A DNA stretch of 64,000 nucleotides from Paraspadella gotoi (taxonomy: Eukaryota > Animalia > Chaetognatha), in NCBI GenBank assembly GCA_051294375.1, contig CM119263.1, positions 23,384,403 through 23,448,402 on the forward strand, in the 5' to 3' direction. The translations under genes were made by a program, and so were the position numbers. The notes below the pieces were generated by a model. That model saw nothing but the letters and a program-made list of their open reading frames with translations, did not search any database and had not been told where the DNA came from. Shown here piece by piece: positions 24,477-37,167 of this stretch. Position 1 is the stretch's first letter, and each line of letters opens with the position of its first letter.

Positions 24477-25294
24477 CGAGGAAAGCGTATTGGTGGGGGA
24501 GGAAAGTATCGGCAAAGAAGGAAGGAGAGAAGAGAGAAGAAAACGAATACAAAATAAAAGGAAAAAAAAGAAAAGGATAAATAGGAAAGAAAAGGGAAAA
24601 ATAAGGAAATAAAAAAGGAATGTTGTTGCCCCCCTCGAGTGTTTCTGTTTATCTTATTTCAAGCGAAGGCATGATTCAGCGAATTTCAGACATTTTTCGA
24701 ATATGGATTATTTTCTCCATCTCTCATGNNNNNNNNNNNNNNNNNNNNNNNNNNNNNNNNNNNNNNNNNNNNNNNNNNNNNNNNNNNNNNNNNNNNNNNN
24801 NNNNNNNNNNNNNNNNNNNNNNNNNNNNNNNNNNNNNNNNNNNNNNNNNNNNNNNNNNNNNNNNNNNNNNNNNNNNNNNNNNNNNNNNNNNNNNNNNNNN
24901 NNNNNNNNNNNNNNNNNNNNNNNNNNNNNNNNNNNNNNAATAAAAAGGAAAGAGAGACGCACCAGAGGCGCATCAAAGACGCACCAGAGGCGCAACAGCC
25001 GCGCGACGGGATTCGCCTCTGGGCGGCGCCACACGCGGGGCTCGGCGCAGCGGCACTTCCGGCGCCGTTAGCGTTTCATTTCGGCGCCGTTGCCGAGTTT
25101 TTTTCGGCATTGCATTCTCGCAAAAATGCTTATCTTTTTGCGGCGCCACCCTTGGAAGCCTGTTATTATTCGGGCGGCGCCGGGCGGTTGCGGGGATAAA
25201 GAAAGAGAGCGAGAGAGCGAGAAGAGAGTAGAGATGGAGCAGAGAGAGAGAGAGACGAGAAGAGAGGAGAGGAGAGAGAGACGAGGACGAGAGA

Positions 25295-25337
<43 letters not shown>

Positions 25338-26384
25338 TGAGTTTGCAAATTCGCCTCCAACAAAACGAGGATTTTATCGGTGAAATTATGAGGAGAGTCA
25401 TCGGAAGAGAGGAGAGCAAGCGCTGCGCGAACAGAGAGAGGGGAGAAAGGGGATAATAAACAGCGGAAATGCGAGAGATAATGAATTTGGCCGACGAGGA
25501 AGGGAGAGAAAGAAAAGAGTGCAAAGAGGGAGAAGAAAAAGAGAGAATCAAACCGAGAAAAAAAGCGTGAGGAAGATAGATAAAATGCTGCGAGGCCTGC
25601 ATCTCTCTCTCTTTCTCTCACTTCTCTCTCTCTTCTCTCTCTCGTCTCCTCTCTCTCTCTCTTCTCTGCTCTCTCTCTCTCTCTCTCTCTCCCGGACGAC
25701 GGATTTAAAGATGAATGCGAGTTTGAGCTGGAAAAACCACTTCATATCTGCGTTCGGGTGAATCTCCGTTTTTCCATCAATAACAAAAATATTCCTTTTA
25801 TTCTTTCTCTCTCTTTCTCTTTCTCTCTTTGCCCCCTTCTCTCTCCCCTTTTCCCCCCTCCCCATTTTATTTTTCTTTTATTTTCTTTCATTTCTCTTTA
25901 TTTCATCCTTTTTCTCTTCGAGTTGTTTATTTCCTCTTTATCTTCCCTAGTTTTCTCTTTCCTTTCCTCCGAATAAGCCGTCGAGAGTAAAAAAGGGAGG
26001 AAAGGAAATCTTTCTTTCCGGTTCTCATTTCTCCGTCGGCGTCGTCATCGCCATGGGCGTCGTCATCATCGGCGCGTAATTTTTTTTAATTCTCAACGCG
26101 GCGCTGATTTTGGTGAGCGACGCCGGTCATGGAATAGTTTATTTTGATTTGGGCGCCCAAAAATCCATTTTCTTTTTAGTAAAAATTAATTCAAATGTCG
26201 CTTAATTCATTTTGAAATTCCCATCGCGATTCAGATTCTGTTTTATTTTCGATCTTCGAATGTTATTACTGATGAAGTGATAATACTCAAAAAGGAATCT
26301 GACTCCCAAGGTGAAAGAAAAAGAGGAAATTTTACCCTCAGAATGGATCGCTCGTACCTTTGAGGTTTGCTTTAAATAACGCTT

Positions 26385-27046
26385 CTCCCGATCGCTACAA
26401 ATCTTTTCGTTTCCACTCAATCGCAAACAAGCTCATACCCATTTATACCAAGGTCTCTCAGCTTTCACCCAATCGCTACCAAACTCTCGCAGCTTCCACG
26501 CAATCGCTACCAAGCTCCTCAGCAGCTTCGCACAGGGTCATCGCGACGCAAAGCATCTCGCAAGCTTCCACGCAATCCGCGAGCGCCAGCTCTCAGCAGC
26601 TATTCCATGCAATCGCCGACGCCAAGCCTCGTCGCAGCTTCCAACGGCAATCGCAGGAGGAAGCACCTGCTCGCAGCTTCCACCCGTAATCACTTGAACG
26701 CACAAGACTCTCTTCATCGGGCTTCGCACCGTAATCCGCTACCCGGCAAGCTCGAGTGCGCCAGCTCGCACGCAATCGGACCAAGTCTCTCGCTAGCTTC
26801 CACGCAAGTCGCGACCCTAAAGCTCTCGCAGCTTCCACCTAAACTCACTACCGGCCAAGCTCTCGGCAGCTTCCACAGCAATCGCCGACCAACGCTCTCG
26901 TGCAGCTCTCCACCTTCTATATTTCGCTACCAGCTCTTCTATGTCTCTCACTTCTCTAAGTCGCTACTCAAGCTCTCTGCAGCTTTCCTACGGTTCAATC
27001 GCAGACCCGAAGCTCTCGCAGCTTCCACGCAATCGCTACCAAGCTC
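26385..27046. repeat. minisatellite, ~31-bp unit AAGCTCTCGCAGCTTCCACGCAATCGCTACC, about 20 copies
   Basis: Clean units near 26483-26515 and 27011-27046, with degraded units between. Confidence 0.85.
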
Positions 27047-27162
27047 CCGCTCCCGTTCCGCCCGGAGAAATCGTAAACAAATCCCGTTCACACAGGACGT
27101 AAACCGGAGACGGCGGAAGACCAAGGACGAGTGTTTTTTGTTTACGAAATCCGAATTCCGCG

Positions 27163-27245
<83 letters not shown>

Positions 27246-27680
27246 AAAATATTTCGGTCAAAGTCGCTCGAGGTTTTTTTTTATTTAAAATTTTGCCTGA
27301 TTTTGTTTTGAATTTTTTTTTTATTGATCCCCAAAGTTTCCGGGGGCAAAGGTCAAATACTTAAGGTTTTTATGCTGAATGATAAGAGCGTAAAGAAATA
27401 ATTAAGAGGTTATAATATAATATTTAGTATATAATATAATTTATATATAAGTTTAATGGCTCATCAAAATTGCTTTGTAAAAATTACTCAAAAACAGGAC
27501 TTAACTTACATAACGAAAAAAGACTGACAATCACAGTTACAAATGTAAACGGTATATAACGATTTTATTCTCTCTCAATACCTTTAAACCTTAAACGAAA
27601 ACCAGAACAGAAAAAATTCTAAACTTTGAACGAAAAATGTGACTCTGTAACTTCGACGCGTTGACGGTGAGATTCGACGA

Positions 27681-27766
27681 GTCACGTGATCGCAGTCGAG
27701 ACCGCGCGCGCGAAACGAGGAGAGAGAGATTGACCGGTCACGTGAGAAGTCGTCCGAAGTCACGTG
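27681..27766. promoter_or_regulatory. three GTCACGTG E-boxes within 86 bp
   Basis: GTCACGTG at 27681, 27737 and 27759 in a CpG-rich patch. Confidence 0.4.
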
Positions 27767-28782
27767 TTCGGCGAAGGAAGGATTTTTGTTTTGACTCGCT
27801 CTTCCTCCGTCAGCTGACTTGAAAGGCGGCGTAGGAGGGAGAGCGAGACGGAGCAAGACGGAGAGAGAGAGAGAATGAGGTGAAAGGAGAAGGAGCAAAA
27901 GTTGAGAAGGTAAGGAGGAAGAAGAAAGAAAAGGGAAGATTAAAAGGGAGACCGGAACAATATTCTTCGAATAACTCAACTGCCGATACGATTAGAGAGA
28001 CGAAGAAAAGTTACTGAGGCGGATGATCAATTTTACGTACATAAAAATTAAAATCGCTGAAAATGAATTAGCAAAGACTGAGCCAAGACATTTGCCCGCG
28101 AAAACATGAATTGACGCCTTAAATTGATGATACTTTCTGGAATTATTCGCATCAAAAGTAAAAGTTTTAAGATAAAAATTGTCACATTGGAATCAAAATA
28201 TATTTTCGTATAAAAAAACACATAAAATTAAAGTCACCAAAAAAGATTAATTTGAAGAGAATCGACGATTTAATTTTGATTTTATTTTAATTCAGTTTTT
28301 TTTTTCGGCCGGACATTTTTAATGTGCGAGGGGCAAAATTTTNNNNNNNNNNNNNNNNNNNNNNNNNNNNNNNNNNNNNNNNNNNNNNNNNNNNNNNNNN
28401 NNNNNNNNNNNNNNNNNNNNNNNNNNNNNNNNNNNNNNNNNNNNNNNNNNNNNNNNNNNNNNNNNNNNNNNNNNNNNNNNNNNNNNNNNNNNNNNNNNNN
28501 AAAAAAAAAAAAAAAAAAAATTGATGAAAAAAGGGAGACTTTTTTTCGTTAATTCTTTTAATCTTTTGAAAAAAATTGATTCGGGAGGGAATTTTTTTAC
28601 GATTTAATTCAAATCCAAAGAAACAAAAAAAAGGGGAGAGAAAAAAAAATCATCGTTTGAAAACGTAAATCGGTGAAAAAAAAAACTAAGTCGAAAGACG
28701 GAAAAAAAATAAAGACTCAACGGAGTGAGAGAAGTTGGAAAATACATAGAGAGAGAAAGAGACTTACGCTGCCGAGATATTT

Positions 28783-28842
<60 letters not shown>

Positions 28843-29550
28843 TATTGGAGCTGTTCAATACATCATCCTCTCTCTCTCCCGAGATCGAAATCGAAGAGCG
28901 AAAATTTCGGAAGGGGAATGATTCTCTGCTGGCAAGCGGGGTGTAGAAGGGCGCTCAGACGACCGAGGTTTTATATTTCATCATTTAGACTTAATGTTAT
29001 AACTTCTAACTAAGAGTTTTATAATTGATAAAAAAAAATTATTTTCTAAATTTCCATAATTCAATGAAAAAACTTTTTTTAATCTTTTTAAAAAAAATTA
29101 AATTAATAAAAAAACTTTTCAATCACTAATGTTCTATTTTTTAAGAAGGTTGTCATTAATCATTCCGTCTCTATTTACCAAAGCCATAGAATTAAGACAA
29201 GGCAAAGGAATGCTTGAGTGGCTGCATCCCAACAACGTGAATGAGCGCTAATCCCCTGCGAAACAATGGTCCTCATGAAGTGGCCGTATTTCAAAGTCAT
29301 GTGAAACAGGAATAGTTGGCTTTCATAAAGGTTTGGAGAGTTAGCGTTACGTAATTTTTTGTATAGAATTAAAATAGTAATTTTTAAAACTTTGACAATC
29401 GAAATTAAAAGTTTGAGACTCTTCCCGATCCCTTTCCTCTGTCGATGGCTTTGATCAATATTGTGTCAGCAGATGATTGATTGATTATTGGAAGTCTGAG
29501 TAGCAGACAGAGAGAGAGAGAGAAAGAGTAGACGAATAGACGAAAAAATT

Positions 29551-29654
<104 letters not shown>

Positions 29655-30079
29655 AAAGGGCAGCAGCTCCATGGGTCGACCGAGCCATTGGTTATTAGAT
29701 GGGCGACCATCGGGTGTCTCTCTCTCTCTCTCTCTGTTTTTTTGTCGTTCTCTTTTTCTCATTTGGCTCCGTCTCTCTCCTTGGATGGAAAAAAAGGGAA
29801 AAAAGTAAAAACAGGAAACACGACAAAGAGAAAATAAAAAAGTTATACATCGAATTTGGAGAGAAATAATGAAACTTAAAGATCAACTTTGAAAAACAAA
29901 AGAACCTCTTTTCTTATACACGAACAAGAGAGAGAGANNNNNNNNNNNNNNNNNNNNNNNNNNNNNNNNNNNNNNNNNNNNNNNNNNNNNNNNNNNNNNN
30001 NNNNNNNNNNNNNNNNNNNNNNNNNNNNNNNNNNNNNNNNNNNNNNNNNNNNNNNNNNNNNNNNNNNNNNNNNNNNNNN

Positions 30080-30113
<34 letters not shown>

Positions 30114-30528
30114 GAAAAACATTACGAAAAAAAATAAAAACGGTTCGAATATTTTGTTTTGAAATCGATTTTTAGGATTTATTTTCGTTCGATGTTTTAT
30201 TCAGGCAAAGGGAACGACGACGACAGCGCCGACGATGAGGACGAGGACGAAACGACGACGACGGCGAAACGACGACGACGACGAAACGACGACGATGAGC
30301 TGGGATGTTCGAATGTTTATCGAAGGGAAAAAGAATCGCGAGGAAAATCGATACAATCGATTAAAACGAGAAAATGGATAAAACGGCGAAAAAATCGATG
30401 GGGAGGAGGAAGAGGAGGAGGAAGAAGAGGAGGAAGAGGAATCATGAGACGACGATTCTCAAGGATGATGACGACGATTAATTGACAATGATTGTTACAA
30501 TGATGACGACGACGACGACGGCCACCGG

Positions 30529-30568
<40 letters not shown>

Positions 30569-30678
30569 ACGGGGACGGCCTCGAAAAACACTGACGAAAT
30601 TGACGAAGTAAAAAAAATTTACGACTCATGGAAAACGAGTTTACGAAAGTTTTATGACGAAAGTTTTTATATCCCGAA

Positions 30679-30733
<55 letters not shown>

Positions 30734-31148
30734 AGAGACGAAGAATCAAATACAGAGTCCTCGGATTAGAGAAGCAAAAGAGATAAAGGAGATCGAAAGT
30801 CTAAAGAAATAGAAATAAAAGGAAAATAAATAAAATGAAAAGAGAAAAGAGAGAGAGGGAGAGAGAGAGAGAGAGAGACGGAGAGGGAGAACGCGCAGGG
30901 ACATAAAAAAAACTAAAAGAAAAAAAAAATCAGCAGCGAAGAAAAACATCAAAATAATGGAGACAATTTTTGTTGTCGTCGTCGTCGTCGACATTCTCGT
31001 TGGAATGTAAAGAAATCGAGCCGCGTATCGAATTCTGACGTTTCTTCACGTCAAGGTATTGACGACGACGACGATAACGACGATTATAGCGACGACGACG
31101 ATTCACGTGAAAGCTCGTCCTTTCGCGCTCCGGCCCAAACACGCGCGC

Positions 31149-31276
<128 letters not shown>

Positions 31277-32903
31277 CACGAGAGATGCTCGAAACAGAGC
31301 AACAAGGAAGGAGATTCGTGAAATTTGGTGAATGATCTGAGACAACGTGACTTCGATCAGAAAAAAAAAGAGAAGGAAGAGCGGGAGGAAGAGGAGGCGG
31401 AGCAGGATGAGGAGGAGGAGGTGTAAAGGAGGAGGAGGAAGAGGAAGAGGAGGAGAATTCAAAAAGTGGAAGAGGAGGACAATGTTTGGCCCCAAAATCG
31501 GCAGAGGTGAAGACGAGAGAGACAGAGAGAGAAAGAGAGAGAAGGTGGTAAATTCGAATTTGCATAAAATTGAATTAAAGTTGGCGCGCGACGTGTTGTC
31601 AGGTTCGCGCGCAGGCGAGAAAGACTGACAAAAGGGAGGGACTCAAATGTATAAACGGATCGATGGACAGGTGAAATATAAAAAAAGGCAAGAGAGGGGA
31701 TCGAAAAAAAAAATGTGACGAGACAGTTTTCATTCATTTTCGCTCGAAATCGATTTGATAACGAGAATGAAAGATTGAATGGATTTTGTGTCGAAAGCGA
31801 TCATAATAAAGGATAACGTTATACTCGCACAACTAAATATAAAGCGCATTAACGTTTCAACATGCAGTTTTCTGTGCTAAAGTTTTCAAGTGAAATGTAT
31901 ATATCTATTTTCAAACTATTTTACTCTGTTTCGATAGAATAAAATTTAAAATAATATTTTTAACCTAAAAGAAATTCTATGGTTTTCAGTTCAAGGCAGC
32001 TTGAATATTCCGAGGCTTTCAATTTTCAATTTTCAATATTGTATCTTTTTTTGGCCTTTTTTCGGCGTTTGAATCCGAAAATAAAACATGAAAAGAAAAA
32101 TTTCGGATTTGAGCTCCTCTCTCTCTCTCTCTCNNNNNNNNNNNNNNNNNNNNNNNNNNNNNNNNNNNNNNNNNNNNNNNNNNNNNNNNNNNNNNNNNNN
32201 NNNNNNNNNNNNNNNNNNNNNNNNNNNNNNNNNNNNNNNNNNNNNNNNNNNNNNNNNNNNNNNNNNNNNNNNNNNNNNNNNNNNNNNNNNNNNNNNNNNN
32301 NNNNNNNNNNNNNNNNNNNNNNNNNNNNNNNNNNNNNNNNNNNNNNNNNNNNNNNNNNNNNNNNNNNNNNNNNNNNNNNNNNNNNNNNNNNNNNNNNNNN
32401 NNNNNNNNNNNNNNNTTTTCTTTTTAATTTCCTTCTTTCCTCCTCATCGGATGAGTCCCGAATCTCGAGGCTCACGGCGCCGAGTTAGGATAAAGGGAAA
32501 GAAGAAAAGGAGAAAGAAAAGGGAAAAAAAAGAAAAGAAAAGGGGAAACGAGAGAGAAAAGAAAAAGGAAAAAGAAATAAAGCCAATAAATCGAATTTCT
32601 CTTTTTTTTTCTCTTCTCGTTGGAAAAGCGCAGCCTTGGATTTGAATCGATGAAATTTATTGCCATTTGACTCGAGTTCGTCTGCTGCAGAGAAAACGTG
32701 TCCCTGACGCGAGAGAGAGAGAGATGGGGGGAGCGAGAGAGAGAGAGAGAGAAAGAGAGAAAGAGATNNNNNNNNNNNNNNNNNNNNNNNNNNNNNNNNN
32801 NNNNNNNNNNNNNNNNNNNNNNNNNNNNNNNNNNNNNNNNNNNNNNNNNNNNNNNNNNNNNNNNNNNNNNNNNNNNNNNNNNNNNNNNNNNNNNNNNNNN
32901 NNN

Positions 32904-32939
<36 letters not shown>

Positions 32940-35900
32940 TTAGGAAACGGTGATAGAAGAGGAACATTGGTGAACCGTGGTGGAGGCGTGAAGGAAAAAT
33001 AAAAAGGGAGNNNNNNNNNNTAAACATAAAGAAGTAAAAGATAAGATCGACATGGTGCGGTGGTGCCCTCGCCCCTGACTCATATCGTAGTCTTCGAATA
33101 ACAAAACATCCCACAGTTGCTTTCGCGCCCAAAAATACTATTTTTTTTCTTTGACGGAGCGAGAGCCGATATCTTGATTGATCGTTCCCGTCGCTATTGA
33201 TAACTAGTTTATAAATACTAATCCGAGTAATTAAAATCGTTTGTCAGTTTTATCTCCGCGTCGACCGACTTCCAAGAAACGAACTAGATCCGTTAACATT
33301 TCCCAAAATCTAGTCTATGTTTATTGACAGGAAATTGTTTTGGATCTTTTTCTTTCTTTTTTTTTTCTCGGCTCGAAAGTCGAACGTAAATCAATTGACG
33401 AGAAAAACAGATGGGTTTTTGTAATTGATACTCGAAAAAAGAATGACAAGACTAATAAAAAAAAAAATAGTTTGTGTGGGATGAGTGAACTATTTTCATT
33501 AAAAATTATAAAACGAAACAAAAATGTAGGTGGCTATAGTTTTAGACTGGTGACAGCAGATAGTAGATAGTAGATAGTAGATACCGTAGATACAGATACA
33601 GTAGATACAGTAGATTAAAAAAAAATTTTTTTAAGGACGATATTGCCAATTATGATCACGTTTGAAATTAGGTCGACCAAGCAGTATCCATTTGTAAACT
33701 CTTGTATTTAAACCCATTTTTCTCTATTAAATAAAGAAGCCTCACTTCTAAAAAAAAAAAAAAGAAGAAAAAGAATTTCCCGGACCGAAAACGGAGACTC
33801 ATTTTAACAGGGTCGAACCAAACGCCGACTGCAGCATCAATAGTCATAACTTTCATAACATTCCTGGCGCAGGAGCGGCGGGCGCAGCGACTGCGNNNNN
33901 NNNNNNNNNNNNNNNNNNNNNNNNNNNNNNNNNNNNNNNNNNNNNNNNNNNNNNNNNNNNNNNNNNNNNNNNNNNNNNNNNNNNNNNNNNNNNNNNNNNN
34001 NNNNNNNNNNNNNNNNNNNNNNNNNNNNNNNNNNNNNNNNNNNNNNNNNNNNNNNNNNNNNNNNNNNNNNNNNNNNNNNNNNNNNNNNNNNNNNNNNNNN
34101 NNNNNNNNNNNNNNNNNNNNNNNNNNNNNNNNNNNNNNNNNNNNNNNNNNNNNNNNNNNNNNNNNNNNNNNNNNNNNNNNNNNNNNNNNNNNNNNNNNNN
34201 NCACACGCCCACCCAAAATCCACCGACTCTTTCCCATCTTTTTCCTATGAAATGGCGCCCGTCGAATTTCGAAGATCCGAGATCCAGTTTTTTAAAAGTT
34301 CTCGTTGGCGACTTTTTTCCTTTGGTCCTGTCATGGCCGCGGCGAACGTGGTTGCCGCGGCGAACGTCGTTGCCACGGCGAACACCTTGGCAGCGGCGAT
34401 CGTCCCTGTGACGACCCGCGAAGGGACGTTAGAAGATTGTAGTCCAAACGCTGTCTTAATATCTTACGTTAGTTTGGCGGACTTTGATGGCACGGCAAAA
34501 CAAATTTGTTCAATAAATTTAGTTATGTTTTCTTATGTTATGTTATATTATGTTATGTTATATTATGTCTCTTTAAATCGTACAAATAGGTGAATTAATA
34601 AGAATTAATCATAATTGATAATAATTATTGAGAATTAAAGAGAATTAATAAGATGAATGAGAAAGTAGTAACTCTTGTGCTCATCTTTCAGTTACAAGTC
34701 TCCAAATTTTTCCCTCTACTAATTTTTCGCATCGCAGGACGACCCTCAATCACGTTGTTCACAATCTAATACCAGTGGCACAGGCAAAGTGATCAGCTAT
34801 TATTCACCAAATAAAACAACTGTGACTTTCAAAACCATCACTTTGCTTTAACAGCGTCATCCGACCAACTTCAAAGAGATCAATTCACAAATCGATCCTC
34901 GAAGCCACAATCGGACCACAAATCCACCATCTGCTCTTAAAACCACCGTCCGCCCACTAAAACCACCATCCGCCCACCAAAAAAACCAAAAAAAAAACCC
35001 ACCGCTTCCTCTTTTTTTTTCCTCAGTGCGACTTTAATGCGTTTTTCCCCTCGAGCCTCAGAACCACTTTTCCAAAGTCTTAAATTTTAGGAAGGAATCA
35101 ATTTTTTTTTCTTTTTCTTTCTTTTTCTCTTTTTTATTTTTTCCCTTTCTTNNNNNNNNNNNNNNNNNNNNNNNNNNNNNNNNNNNNNNNNNNNNNNNNN
35201 NNNNNNNNNNNNNNNNNNNNNNNNNNNNNNNNNNNNNNNNNNNNNNNNNNNNNNNNNNNNNNNNNNNNNNNNNNNNNNNNNNNNNNNNNNNNNNNNNNNN
35301 NNNNNNNNNNNNNNNNNNNNNNNNNNNNNNNNNNNNNNNNNNNNNNNNNNNNNNNNNNNNNNNNNNNNNNNNNNNNNNNNNNNNNNNNNNNNNNNNNNNN
35401 NNNNNNNNNNNNNNNNNNNNNNNNNNNNNNNNNNNNNNNNNNNNNNNNNNNNNNNNNNNNNNNNNNNNNNNNNNNNNNNNNNNNNNNNNNNNNNNNNNNN
35501 NNNNNNNNNNNNNNNNNNAAAAAATGAGAAAAAGGGAAAATGCGAAATATCGAAGATGAAAACAAAAGTGATTTCGATCAAAGAAAATGGATGTGGACTG
35601 GAAACGCGGGATTAAAAGAAAGAAGGAAAATCTAAAAAAAAGGAAGAAAGGAATTACGAAAAAGGAATAAATATAGTTTGACAAAATGAAGATGTACCGA
35701 GTGAAAAAAAATTAAATGTTGAATTTGAAAAAAACGAAGAAAAAATAATGGGAAATAGATATTTAGAAAAAAAATATAGAACAAAAATTTGATAGAATTA
35801 AATATAAAATTAAAAAGCTGTACTAAAAAAGTAAGATGTAAATTAAAAAAAAAAAGGAATTAATGATAAAGAAATTCAAAAAAAGAGGAAAATAGAATAA

Positions 35901-36700
35901 AAAAGAAAAAAAGAAAAAGAAATGATCAGCTTGAGTCATGAATCGCGAGGTTTTTGTCTCGATCAAATCCACGACAAAAATGGCGACGAATAAATAAAAG
36001 ATGACGACAACAACAACAACAAAGAAAAAACCCAACAACGAAAACATCGACTTGAGAAATCAACAACAACAACAACAAGAACCTCGACGACGACGAGACC
36101 AAATAAGGAATAAAAAAACAAATACATAGGCGGCGACGACGACGACAACTACGACGACGGTGATGTTAATGATTATGGAATTTTTAGGATGATACAACCG
36201 ACGATTCAATTCGATAAAATTATACTTTCCAATACGACGTCGACGACGACGACGACGACGATGATGACGACGTCTAAAACAAAGCTACGATGAAAGTCGC
36301 TTTCGATTTTACGAGTTTTGGAGACGAGGCGTAGCTCTATATTAGTCAGCCAAGATAAATCTCTCTCGATGATACATTTAACCAAAAAAAAAAATATTGA
36401 TAATNNNNNNNNNNNNNNNNNNNNNNNNNNNNNNNNNNNNNNNNNNNNNNNNNNNNNNNNNNNNNNNNNNNNNNNNNNNNNNNNNNNNNNNNNNNNNNNN
36501 NNNNNNNNNNNNNNNNNNNNNNNNNNNNNNNNNNNNNNNNNNNNNNNNNNNNNNNNNNNNNNNNNNNNNNNNNNNNAGTCGGTGATTGATCGGGGTTCGA
36601 ACCAGGATCGATTCCGCCCGAACGAAAAAGGCGCGACGGATGAAGAAATTAAAAAGAAGGGGAAGAGATGGAAGGGAAATGGAAAGAAAAAAAGAAAAAG

Positions 36701-36770
<70 letters not shown>

Positions 36771-37117
36771 GAAGTAAAGATTAATGAAATCACAGCAACA
36801 AGAGAAGGAGATTTAAACCCAAGAAATAAACAAATGTTTGTAAAAATAATGGGGTAAAAAAGTTAAAGAAGGAAGTCAGTCAACCAAATCGTGAGGCGAT
36901 CCTTTATTGGGAGAAGGAAAGGAAAGAAAGAGAGGAAGGTTGCCAAATTTATGAGGTAAGCCATTATTGATGAGAGGATTTGGAGGCCTCGGCGGCGGCG
37001 GCGGCGGCGGCAGCAGCGGCGGCGGATTTTGTTCGCGTCCCTTGGGGCGTTTCGCGTATCAATCGGGGAGAAATATCGAATCTTTCATAATTTATATTGC
37101 AAATAGAGAGAGAGTGA

Positions 37118-37167
<50 letters not shown>

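Noticed and set aside
26385-27046. CRISPR-like array (31-bp repeats; also the 33-bp repeat at 63942)
   Set aside because: Units are head-to-tail with no unique spacers, there are no cas genes, and the context is eukaryotic.
34332-34400. Plus-strand ORF with AAANVV repeats (18-bp unit)
   Set aside because: Only 3-4 short tandem units, with no splice or homology support.
36980-37025. (GCG)n tract as a poly-Ala coding exon
   Set aside because: No convincing flanking splice sites or extended coding frame. Treated as a microsatellite.
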